Shown here: positions 17,298 to 26,336 of the stretch, piece by piece
Layout of the letters: each line of letters begins with the position of its first letter
How positions within the stretch are numbered: the stretch's first letter is position 1
Assembly: GCF_900167395.1 (NCBI RefSeq)
Contig: NZ_FUWK01000007.1
Location: forward strand, 41,554-73,553
Reading direction: 5' to 3'
Source: Nitrosomonas europaea
GTDB taxonomy: Bacteria; Pseudomonadota; Gammaproteobacteria; Burkholderiales; Nitrosomonadaceae
Length of the DNA stretch: 32,000 nucleotides
The notes under the pieces: generated by a model
Database searches by the model: none
What the model saw: only the letters and a program-made list of their open reading frames with translations
Told to the model about the DNA's origin: nothing
Program-made: the position numbers and the translations under genes

Positions 17298-20200
17298 TTG
17301 CGCCTGACCGAAATCAAACTGGCCGGTTTCAAAACATTCGTTGATCCTGCGGTGGTGCCTGTACCGGGGAATCTGGTCGGAATCGTTGGGCCGAATGGTT
17401 GCGGCAAATCCAATGTCATCGATGCGGTACGCTGGGTGCTAGGGGAATCACGCGCCTCAGCATTACGGGGGGAGTCACTGCAGGATGTGATTTTCAACGG
17501 ATCCGCCACGCGCAAGCCGATCGGCCGGGCCAGTGTCGAACTGGTATTCGATAACAGCTCGGGCAAAGCGGCGGGCCAGTGGAAATCCTACAGTGAAATA
17601 GCCATCAGGCGCGTGATTCAGCGCGATGGGGAATCATCCTATTACATCAATAATATTCATGTGCGCCGGCGGGATATCACCGACATGTTCCTGGGAACGG
17701 GTGTCAGCGGGCGCGGTTACGCCATCATCGAACAGGGGATGATTTCCCGCATTATCGAGGCCAGGCCGCAGGAGCTGCGCACTTTTCTCGAAGAAGCAGC
17801 CGGCATTACCCGATACCACGAAAAGCGCCATGAAACCGGGCTGCGCCTGGCTGATGCACGTGGCAACCTGCAGCGTGTGGACGATATTCTCGAAGAGCTG
17901 GACAAACAGCAGCAGCATCTTGAAGCACAGGCGGAATGTGCGGTCCGTTATCAGGATTTGCATAGGCAGTTGACTGCCGCGCAACATACACTCTGGACGT
18001 TGCATAAGCAGCAGGCCGCCGAATCACGACACCAGGCACAGGTAGAGGTTGAACGCTTGGTGCAGGAAATGGAAACCATCCGATCCGGTATGCAGGAAAC
18101 AGGCGAAAAGCTGGATGAGTTGCGCCTGTACCACCGGGTGGTGAATGATCGTCAGCATCAGATTCAGGGAGCGTTGTATGCTGCCAATGGTGAAATTGCG
18201 CGTATCGAACAAAACATCCGGCATATTCGTGCAAACAGAGAGCAGCTCGATCGTCAGCTTGCTGAAGCTGAACTGCAACTGCAGAACCACGAGCAGCAAC
18301 TGAACGAAGTCAACGAAAACCTGACGTCCTGGCAGGATAAACTGGAGCAGGCGAAAAATTGTCACTTGTCCTGCAAAGAGGAACATATCGTGGAAGCCGG
18401 GAAGCTGCCGCAAATGGAATCGGCTGCGCAAGCAGACCAGGTGCGGTTGATCGGGTTGCGGGAAAAGCTGGCGCTGGCCAGACAGAATGAGAAATTGCTG
18501 CAAAACCAGCAGGCGTATGCCGAAAAAACGTTGCATCAGCTGGTGGTGCGTCGCGAACGCCTGCTGGAAGAGCAGTCGAGCCAGCCGGAGATCGATCCGG
18601 TGCAACTGGATGAGTTGCAGATGGAATCTGCAGAGCTTGCTGCCATGCTGGAGCAGAAGCAGCATTCACTCAGCACACTGGAAACGCAGGCGTATACCGT
18701 ACAGCAGGAACGTGACGCGATCCTGCAAATCATTCAGTCGCTCGAGCGGGATATGGCTCGGGCAAATGCCCGGTGTGATGTTCTGCAACGCTTGCAGGAT
18801 CAGATCGAAGATAACCAGGAGTTGAATGCGTGGATGGCCAGACTTCAGTTGAATCTGTTGCCGAGGCTGTGGCAGCAGATTTCGATTGAATCAGGCTGGG
18901 AAACGGCGCTGGAAGCCGTGCTGCGCGAGCGTATCCAGGCAGTTACCGTGGACCGGTTGGAACAGATGCTGGAGTGGGAAGCACAGCGGCCATCGGCAAA
19001 ATGGGCCGTGTGCGAACTCGTTCCGGATCGACCAGTGAGCAATGACACGGATCAACGAACATGGAAGCCACTCAGTACATTACTGAGTTGCCGCAGCCCG
19101 GCGGTGCAGGCCGTGCTGGGAAACTGGCTGTACGGTGTGTTCGTCACTGACAGCCTGACAGCTGCGCTGGCTGACAGATCGCTGCTTACCAGCGGAGAGA
19201 TGCTGGTAACAGCGGAAGGACACAGTATAACCAGTTGCGGAGTAAGCTACTTTGCGCCTGATTCTGCAGTGCATGGTATCTTGCAGCGTCAGCGCGAAAT
19301 TGCTCAAATCAGGGAAGAATGCGAACAAATCGGACAGTCTGTTTTATCCCAACAGCAGACGCTGGCTGCGGTGGAGCAGGATGATCAGCAGATCGCGGCG
19401 GATATCGTACAACTTCGTAAAGTGATCGAAGAAATCAGAACGCAGCAGCACGACCGGCAAATACAGATCGTACGGTTGACACAGCAAATAGAGCGTGTGG
19501 CGCAACAGCAGGCTCAACTTGAAATCGAACTGGCTGATCTGGCAGTGCAGATCGAAGAAGAATCATCACAGAAACAGCAGGCAGAAACAGAGCTCGTTGT
19601 GTGTGAGGCGGAAAGAGTAGAGCTGGAAGCTCAGGTAAATCAGGCAGAATCTGCCTGCCAGTCATCCGGGCGGGCACTGGCATCACAGCGATCACGGGTG
19701 CAGCGTTTATCGGACAGGTTACATGAAACGGCTTTCGGTGAGCAGGATTGTCAGAACAGAGTCATCGATTGTGAACGGCGTATCGGTATGATTACCCGGA
19801 ATAGCGTCATCCTGACTGAAAACATGCAAAGGTTGCAGCACGCTCGTGCTGATCTGGATGAATCGACACTGACAGCAGATACAGTACATTGGCAGATACA
19901 GCGCGATCAGCATGAACAGGCGCTGATGGCAGTTCGGCACGAGCTGGAAAATATGGACGATACATTGCGGGAAATGGAACAGGCCCGGATGTATGCTGAA
20001 CAACGGCTGCAAGAATGTGGTGAGGCGGTTGGTCAGGCGCGGCTCCGTGAGCAGGAAGCGGAAATGACCGAAGCCCGGTTTGCAGACAAGCTGGCGGAAT
20101 CAGGTGAAACTATGCTGGAAATGGTGCCGCAGTTCGTCAATGAATCGCCAGCAAAACTGCAAACACGTATCAACCGGCTTACCGGGGAGGTCACTGCTCT

Positions 20201-20825
20201 CGGGCCGGTCAACCTGGCAGCGTTACAGGAGCTGGAGGCATTGAAATCACGCCGGATTCATCTCGAAGAACAATCTCATGATTTACGTGAAGCCATTACG
20301 ACACTGGAGCAGGCCATTCGTCAGATCGATCGTGAAACCCGGGAGCGTTTGCAGGAAACATTCGATCAGGTCAATCAGAATCTTGCCGGGTTGTTTGCTT
20401 CCATTTTTGGTGGAGGGGTTGCGGAGCTGGTGTTGAGTGGTGAGGATATTCTGGATGCAGGTGTGCAATTGAATGCTCATCCGCCGGGTAAGCGGAACAG
20501 TTCCATCCATCTGCTTTCTGGTGGGGAAAAAGCATTGACGGCACTGGCGCTGGTATTTTCACTGTTCCGGCTGAATCCTGCACCGTTCTGTCTGCTGGAC
20601 GAGGTGGATGCGCCGCTGGATGATAGTAATTCAGTACGTTTTTGTGAGCTCGTCAAGCGCATGTCCGGAGAGACTCAGTTTCTTTTCATCAGCCACAACA
20701 AAATTACCATGCAGATGGCGCAGCAGTTGATCGGTGTAACCATGCGCGAGCAGGGAGTTTCCCGGGTGGTGACGGTGGATATCGGTAAAATCATGGCCGC
20801 CGGGGATTTGCCCGCAAGTGTCTGA
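17298..20825 (+). CDS. smc: chromosome segregation protein SMC
   Basis: N-terminal MRLTEIKLAGFKTF with Walker A GPNGCGKSN, long coiled coils, a central hinge, the C-terminal signature LSGGEKALTALAL and Walker B FCLLDEVDAPLD. The start codon is TTG. Confidence 0.95.
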   Translation: MRLTEIKLAGFKTFVDPAVVPVPGNLVGIVGPNGCGKSNVIDAVRWVLGESRASALRGESLQDVIFNGSATRKPIGRASVELVFDNSSGKAAGQWKSYSEIAIRRVIQRDGESSYYINNIHVRRRDITDMFLGTGVSGRGYAIIEQGMISRIIEARPQELRTFLEEAAGITRYHEKRHETGLRLADARGNLQRVDDILEELDKQQQHLEAQAECAVRYQDLHRQLTAAQHTLWTLHKQQAAESRHQAQVEVERLVQEMETIRSGMQETGEKLDELRLYHRVVNDRQHQIQGALYAANGEIARIEQNIRHIRANREQLDRQLAEAELQLQNHEQQLNEVNENLTSWQDKLEQAKNCHLSCKEEHIVEAGKLPQMESAAQADQVRLIGLREKLALARQNEKLLQNQQAYAEKTLHQLVVRRERLLEEQSSQPEIDPVQLDELQMESAELAAMLEQKQHSLSTLETQAYTVQQERDAILQIIQSLERDMARANARCDVLQRLQDQIEDNQELNAWMARLQLNLLPRLWQQISIESGWETALEAVLRERIQAVTVDRLEQMLEWEAQRPSAKWAVCELVPDRPVSNDTDQRTWKPLSTLLSCRSPAVQAVLGNWLYGVFVTDSLTAALADRSLLTSGEMLVTAEGHSITSCGVSYFAPDSAVHGILQRQREIAQIREECEQIGQSVLSQQQTLAAVEQDDQQIAADIVQLRKVIEEIRTQQHDRQIQIVRLTQQIERVAQQQAQLEIELADLAVQIEEESSQKQQAETELVVCEAERVELEAQVNQAESACQSSGRALASQRSRVQRLSDRLHETAFGEQDCQNRVIDCERRIGMITRNSVILTENMQRLQHARADLDESTLTADTVHWQIQRDQHEQALMAVRHELENMDDTLREMEQARMYAEQRLQECGEAVGQARLREQEAEMTEARFADKLAESGETMLEMVPQFVNESPAKLQTRINRLTGEVTALGPVNLAALQELEALKSRRIHLEEQSHDLREAITTLEQAIRQIDRETRERLQETFDQVNQNLAGLFASIFGGGVAELVLSGEDILDAGVQLNAHPPGKRNSSIHLLSGGEKALTALALVFSLFRLNPAPFCLLDEVDAPLDDSNSVRFCELVKRMSGETQFLFISHNKITMQMAQQLIGVTMREQGVSRVVTVDIGKIMAAGDLPASV

Positions 20826-20893
20826 TATTCGTTGATGAACTACTTGAGTGCGTGCAGAACGATTATAATCGTGCCAAAGGGGGATAACAGTTT

Positions 20894-22027
20894 ATGAGTG
20901 ATTTGCAGATCAGTCTGGTTATTATCGGCGCAGTCATTATTGTCGGTGTCGTCATATTCAACAGAATTCAGCTGGCACGCTATCATCGCAAGGTCCAGAA
21001 TGTATTCAGGCACGAGCACGATGATGTTCTGCTGAATGATGAGCGTAAACCAGTGTTCGGCAGTGGGCGGATCGAGCCGCAATTTGGTGATGAAGCGCCA
21101 TCAATACCGGATGCTGCTGTGGGTTCTGCCAATACCCCGGTTGATCGGCAAATCGCGGATGATCAGCCAGCAAAAGAGCCTGGTGTGCAGAGGAAAACGG
21201 CCGATATCGACAGCATGATCAATTACATTGCTGATATCCGCGCCAGTTCACCCATCCCCCACGAGAAACTGATTGATCTGCTGCAGCAGAAGTTTGACTA
21301 TGGCAAGCCAGTACGCTGGTTCGGTCTGCAAGAAGGGCAGTCGTGGGAGGAAATCTCGCTCGATACGCTCAGCCCCAGGAATACTTATATCCAGTTAAAA
21401 GGATGTTTGCAGCTTGCGGATCGTTCCGGACCGGTCACTGAAATCAATCTGTCGAGATTTCGTGATATGGCCGAAGATTTTTCCGCACAGGTTCAGGCGG
21501 AAGTCGAATGCCCCGATATTTCAGAAGCACATGCCAGAGCAATTGATCTGGATAAATTCTGTGCCGATGTCGATGTGATCATGGGGATCAATATCATCAG
21601 CAAGGATGGTGGTGCCTTTGTCGGGACCAAGATTCGCGCGCTGGCAGAAGCTTCCGGCTTCCGGCTGGAATCCGACGGTGTGTTCAAATATCGTGACAGT
21701 GAAACTAATGAGGTAATGTTTTCACTGGGCAATTTTGAGTCGGCCCCATTTTTGCCTGCCAACATGCGAACACTGACTACCCACGGCATCACTTTTCTGC
21801 TGGATGTTCCCAGAGTCGCAAATGGTGAAAGAGTATTTGACCAGATGGCGCATATTGCCAGACTTTTTTCATCGACACTGAACGGTATTCTGGTTGATGA
21901 CAACAGGGTGCCGTTAAGCGAGAACGGTGTGAAAAGAAGCCGGCAGCGATTGGCCGATATCCAGTCCACCATGGCAGCGCGTAATATTGCTGCGGGTAGT
22001 GAGACAGCGTTGAATCTGTTTGACTGA
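20894..22027 (+). CDS. zipA: cell division protein ZipA homolog
   Basis: N-terminal single TM helix (LQISLVIIGAVIIVGVVIF), then a charged linker and a globular C-terminal domain. The position directly after smc is typical of beta/gamma-proteobacteria. Confidence 0.7.
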   Translation: MSDLQISLVIIGAVIIVGVVIFNRIQLARYHRKVQNVFRHEHDDVLLNDERKPVFGSGRIEPQFGDEAPSIPDAAVGSANTPVDRQIADDQPAKEPGVQRKTADIDSMINYIADIRASSPIPHEKLIDLLQQKFDYGKPVRWFGLQEGQSWEEISLDTLSPRNTYIQLKGCLQLADRSGPVTEINLSRFRDMAEDFSAQVQAEVECPDISEAHARAIDLDKFCADVDVIMGINIISKDGGAFVGTKIRALAEASGFRLESDGVFKYRDSETNEVMFSLGNFESAPFLPANMRTLTTHGITFLLDVPRVANGERVFDQMAHIARLFSSTLNGILVDDNRVPLSENGVKRSRQRLADIQSTMAARNIAAGSETALNLFD

Positions 22028-22060
22028 CAGTATCCGTAACTCGTCAGCCGAAATCGAACC

Positions 22061-22297
22061 ATGGGTGAATCCGGGACGAAATCCAGATTTCCGATCCGGG
22101 TTCAATTGGAAGCCAATAAACAGTATTACTGGTGCCGATGTGGACTCAGCCAGTCACAGCCATTTTGTGATGGTGCTCACCGGGGGACCGGGATGAATCC
22201 TGTAGTATTTGTCGTCAGAGAAACCAGTCCAGTCTGGCTCTGTGTCTGTAAGGAAACAAAAAATATCCCTTTTTGTGATTGTTTCCGTACTGACTGA
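22061..22297 (+). CDS. CDGSH iron-sulfur domain protein
   Basis: It has a canonical motif CRCGLSQSQPFCDGAH. The second motif CVCKETKNIPFCDCF is degenerate and lacks the GSH part. Confidence 0.7.
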   Translation: MGESGTKSRFPIRVQLEANKQYYWCRCGLSQSQPFCDGAHRGTGMNPVVFVVRETSPVWLCVCKETKNIPFCDCFRTD

Positions 22298-22315
22298 ATC
22301 AAGAAGATTGGAACT

Positions 22316-23938
22316 TTAGGAATTACTGTGGTTGATTGGTGGTTCTACCGATTCCTGATGATAATTCCGCTTAGATATCGAAGTCTGATCAAACATTGCT
22401 TCAAATACCAGCAGTTTCTGGTTGGGTTTGCGCCGATCTGCCACACGTTTATTTCCTGAAGGATTGCTTTGATTCTGTATCCTTCTGTCATTCCGCGGGT
22501 TATGTTCTACAAAAGGACGCAACTGGATGCCGCAGCGTTCGTTTATGCGCTTCTGAGCTGAAGTTACGAAATTCTCGATTTTATCTTTTATTGTTCTGAC
22601 ATCTGCATCCAGTAAACGTATATTGACGACGACGGCGTATTGGTCTTCGTCGCTTGATGACGGGGCTTTATTTTTGATTACATGTACCAGTGAGTCCATG
22701 CTGGGCCTCAGTTCCTGTGAAAGCATACGGACCAGGTTTTCCGCTTCCTTGGGAGTATAGCTGCCCAGGAAGAAACCATGACTTTGTGTCGGGGTAAGTC
22801 CCCAAAGTGTATGAAATTGGCGCAAGGCCGTAATAAAGTACCAGGGATGGAGAGACAGGTAGAAATACCCGGAAAAAAACAGCAGAAAACCCGTGAGCAT
22901 TGTGAGCTCATTGACTCCCAGATACAGGCCGGTGAGCCCGATCAGACCAAACAGCAAATGTATTGAGACAATGGCAAATATGACATCGCTGACACGATAG
23001 CCGGCATTGAGAAGGATATGGTGTAAATGATTATGATCCGGTTCAAATGGTGACTTGTGCTGCCAGATTCGGCGCAGCATGATACTAATGGTATCCATCA
23101 GGGGGACCGAGAACAGCCAGAGAGCAGTGACGGGTGTCATGGCACGATTGCTGCCTTGAGAAAGATCTATCAAAAGCCAGGTAATCACGAATCCCAACAG
23201 CATACTGCCGTTATCACCAAGAAATACTCTTGCTCGGGGTTGCAGCCTGTAGCGGAGATTGAAAAACAGAAATCCCATGGTACCACCGGTGAGCGCAATG
23301 ATGATGATGAGGTTGGGCTGATTGTCGGCAATCAGCGCTGCTGAACCGAGTAGTATCAGGCTCATTAATGTTACGGAACCGGATAATCCATCTATTCCAT
23401 CGATCATGTTCAGTGCGTTGATGCCTCCAATAGTGGCAAAGAGCGTGAAAGGTATGGCGAAAATTCCCAGTGCCAGAATTCCGCCAGGGAAAATACTACC
23501 AAGATCAGTCAATACAACCCCGCTTACCAGATTCATGATCAGGACGGCGACAGTTTGTACGATCAGACGTGTTTTGTAATGAAGTTGAAGGATGTCATCG
23601 GCAAAACCCATGATAAAGATAATAGCGGAACTGATCCCCAGTCCCAGCCACTTCACTGATTGTTCCGGATAATAGCCGATTAAAAAACAGAGGGCGATGA
23701 GCAGGGCAGCGAAGATTCCGGTCCCTCCTACGAATGGTGTGAGGTGCTTGTGCTGTTTGTGCTGCCCCGGGCGATCCAGAATGCCGTAAGTATGTGCCAG
23801 AGAAATTGCCAGCCGGATGATAAGGCCGGCCAGTATTGTACTGATGGTAAATAGAGTAATTTGTTCTGAAAGATCAGGCCTGACTGGTTGGCTTATGTCT
23901 GTAGAAATACTGAAAAATGTAGAGGTGAGTTCATTCAT
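22316..23938 (-). CDS. polyprenyl-phosphate N-acetylhexosamine-1-phosphate transferase (WecA/WbpL/MraY family priming enzyme) with a soluble C-terminal extension of about 170 aa
   Basis: Family motifs GFADDI, NALNMIDGIDGL and LGDNGS, with about 10-11 hydrophobic segments through residue ~370. Residues ~371-540 are hydrophilic. The start overlaps the wzc stop (ATGA). Confidence 0.82.
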   Translation of the reverse strand: MNELTSTFFSISTDISQPVRPDLSEQITLFTISTILAGLIIRLAISLAHTYGILDRPGQHKQHKHLTPFVGGTGIFAALLIALCFLIGYYPEQSVKWLGLGISSAIIFIMGFADDILQLHYKTRLIVQTVAVLIMNLVSGVVLTDLGSIFPGGILALGIFAIPFTLFATIGGINALNMIDGIDGLSGSVTLMSLILLGSAALIADNQPNLIIIIALTGGTMGFLFFNLRYRLQPRARVFLGDNGSMLLGFVITWLLIDLSQGSNRAMTPVTALWLFSVPLMDTISIMLRRIWQHKSPFEPDHNHLHHILLNAGYRVSDVIFAIVSIHLLFGLIGLTGLYLGVNELTMLTGFLLFFSGYFYLSLHPWYFITALRQFHTLWGLTPTQSHGFFLGSYTPKEAENLVRMLSQELRPSMDSLVHVIKNKAPSSSDEDQYAVVVNIRLLDADVRTIKDKIENFVTSAQKRINERCGIQLRPFVEHNPRNDRRIQNQSNPSGNKRVADRRKPNQKLLVFEAMFDQTSISKRNYHQESVEPPINHSNS

Positions 23939-26202
23939 CGTTTTTTACTCCGGTAATCGTACTGGTATACATACTGACCATATCTGTGGCGTGACAAGGT
24001 TTCAGGGATGCCATTGAATATCACTCCTTTCAGATTCACGCCCGCCTGTACAAGTTTCTTTACACTCTGTTCAAGTTCCCGTAGGGGGTGAGTTCCGGCT
24101 CTGACTGCCATTAGGGTGACACTGGCCAGACGGCCGATGATGGCGGCATCGGTGGCAGCCAGGATGGGTGGCGAATCAATGATGACCAGATCATATTGAT
24201 TACTGACAGTCTCCAACAATTGACCAAAGCGTTCATGCAGCAATAATTCCGACGGATTGGGCGGGACTTTACCGGTCGGAATAAAATCGATAGCTGCCAG
24301 TGGAATCGATTTGATCGCATCGTTCAGATCGATTGATCGGCTGATCAGTTCGGAGAGACCATTTTCTCTGCTCAGGCGCATGTGTTTATGAATATTACCC
24401 CGGCGTAAATCTCCATCTATCAGTAATACCTTTTTGCCGGCATCTGCCATTGTGACGGCCAGATTCGCTGAAACAAACGTTTTGCCGATCCCTGGGCTCG
24501 GTCCGGTAATCATGACGATATTGTTGTGTGCCTCCAGAAACGCAAAGTGCAGGGTGGTACGCAAACTGCGCAGACTTTCCATCGCAAGATCTTCTTTGTT
24601 TTCCAGTGCCAATAAAAGTGGAGGGTGATTGCCCGATATTGGTTCACTTTTTAGTTTCTTTTCGATTAGTTTCTGATATTTGCTGTACTGGACCGTTGCA
24701 TAAACTGGTATACCTAAAGATTTTTCGATTATGCCGGGATCTTTTATACCATAACTGAGTGATTTGCGAATAAAAGTAATTATTATTCCCATCATAAGCC
24801 CTGCCATCAATGCAACACCCATGATCAGAACTTTTCTGGGTTTGATTGGAAGATCAGGCAGCATGGCGTAATCAATGATTCTTACATTACCTACTGTGCC
24901 CGCTTTAGCAACACGTATGGTCTGGGCATGATTCAGCAGCGTGGTGTAAAGTTCAGCATTGACTTCCACATCTCGTGACAGTCTCAGAATGATTTGCTGG
25001 GTTTCTGGTAACCCTCCGATTTTCTTATCAAAAGCATTGATCTGTGCCTGCAGTCTGCTGATCTGCTTGTCGATTGCAATGACATTAGGATGAGATTCCG
25101 TGAATTTCTGACGTAATTCATCCCGCTTTTGCTGCAGGAGCGTAACCTGAGTATTCAGTTCGACTGTTCCCGTCAGTATGTTCTGCGTTTCGAGGTCAAG
25201 ATTGATCGAGCCCTTGCGGATTCTGTAATCGTTTAGTGCACTGGTGGCCGTTTCCAATTGTTCTTTGAGTGCTGGTAATTGTTTCTCCAGGAATTCGAGT
25301 GTTTTCTGGGATTCTGCCGATTTCTGCTCGACATTCTGCTGAAGATAGGTGTTGGCAATTTCATTGACGATACGAACGGCTTCTTTCCGATCGTCTGATT
25401 CAATGGCTAATTCAAGGATACCGGTACCCTTGCCAATTTCTGTAATGGAAAGAGCTTCCTTCAATCGCCGAATTGCTTCACCTTTGGAGCGACGTGTCAG
25501 AGTGAACATGGTATCCGGGCGAGATTGCAGATAAGTGACAAAAATTTTGACGGGCTGCAGATAGCCTTCCGGCTGCTTGACAGCCAGCTTGCCGACTTCA
25601 CCTTCAAGAAAGACTTCATCCTGATAGATGAGTTTGAACTGGCTTTCATTGATCGCCTGTAAAATGATTTCTTCATTTTTCCAGCTTTCAGGCACTTCGA
25701 GTGTATCCACCTGAATGGCTTCACCCCCCCATGCATAATGCGATAACCCAAATGGCGGGCTGGACAGGACGTCGCTGCCATTGAACCGTTGAAGCCATCT
25801 GGCTACTGCATTTCCTATAAGAGGGAAAAATTTAGGCATTGCAACAATGTCGAGGTGCAGATTTCTGATCGTTTTCCCTAAGATCATTCTGGATTTGATC
25901 AGCTCAATTTCGGTTTGTACCGGAGTTTTGGTCTCGAAGAAATTTGACAGCGAATCCAGTTGTTGCACCATGGATTGGCTGTTTTCCTTGATCTGTAACA
26001 AGCTGTCTGCTTTATAGATCGGACGGCTCAGAAACGATATGGCAGCACCGATAAGGCAGGTGATGAATGTGATGACAAGAATCAGCTTTTTGTTATCGGC
26101 CAGTACATCCAGCAATTCACCCAGATCAATTTCGTCATTGGCCTGGCTGGTTACGGGCTCCATAAGGTTTCTCGATGAGTCGGATGGCATATCAGATGAC
26201 AA
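23935..26202 (-). CDS. wzc: polysaccharide co-polymerase / tyrosine autokinase (Wzc/Etk type, PCP-2a)
   Basis: N-terminal Wzz-like region with a TM helix and a long periplasmic coiled coil. It also has a second TM helix, Walker A GPSPGIGKTFVS and Walker B-like LVIIDSPP. The C-terminal tail RHRYGQYVYQYDYR is tyrosine-rich. Confidence 0.9.
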   Translation of the reverse strand: MSSDMPSDSSRNLMEPVTSQANDEIDLGELLDVLADNKKLILVITFITCLIGAAISFLSRPIYKADSLLQIKENSQSMVQQLDSLSNFFETKTPVQTEIELIKSRMILGKTIRNLHLDIVAMPKFFPLIGNAVARWLQRFNGSDVLSSPPFGLSHYAWGGEAIQVDTLEVPESWKNEEIILQAINESQFKLIYQDEVFLEGEVGKLAVKQPEGYLQPVKIFVTYLQSRPDTMFTLTRRSKGEAIRRLKEALSITEIGKGTGILELAIESDDRKEAVRIVNEIANTYLQQNVEQKSAESQKTLEFLEKQLPALKEQLETATSALNDYRIRKGSINLDLETQNILTGTVELNTQVTLLQQKRDELRQKFTESHPNVIAIDKQISRLQAQINAFDKKIGGLPETQQIILRLSRDVEVNAELYTTLLNHAQTIRVAKAGTVGNVRIIDYAMLPDLPIKPRKVLIMGVALMAGLMMGIIITFIRKSLSYGIKDPGIIEKSLGIPVYATVQYSKYQKLIEKKLKSEPISGNHPPLLLALENKEDLAMESLRSLRTTLHFAFLEAHNNIVMITGPSPGIGKTFVSANLAVTMADAGKKVLLIDGDLRRGNIHKHMRLSRENGLSELISRSIDLNDAIKSIPLAAIDFIPTGKVPPNPSELLLHERFGQLLETVSNQYDLVIIDSPPILAATDAAIIGRLASVTLMAVRAGTHPLRELEQSVKKLVQAGVNLKGVIFNGIPETLSRHRYGQYVYQYDYRSKKR

Positions 26203-26336
26203 ATAAGTTATAGGATTCGGGGAGGGTAGCTTCTTGTTGAAGCAGTGGTGCAGTTACAGCCATGCCTCAATTTTGTATGTCTTTATGCTGTCGGCCTGAC
26301 AGCGGTGTAGTGATACAAGATGAAATGATACTGGTG

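Noticed and set aside
22380-22500. RxxxR (RNDRR) followed by NQSNPSG in the tail of the WecA-like protein, as a possible PilZ c-di-GMP motif.
   Set aside because: The two elements are only 3 residues apart instead of about 20-30, and the second does not fit D/NxSxxG exactly. There is no evidence of a PilZ beta-barrel. It is kept only as a note within the C-terminal-extension finding.
26287-26303. Short hairpin GCTGTC-ggcct-GACAGC in the 134-nt wza-wzc spacer, as a possible attenuator.
   Set aside because: It has only a 6-bp stem and no T-run on the transcribed (minus) strand. That is too weak to call.
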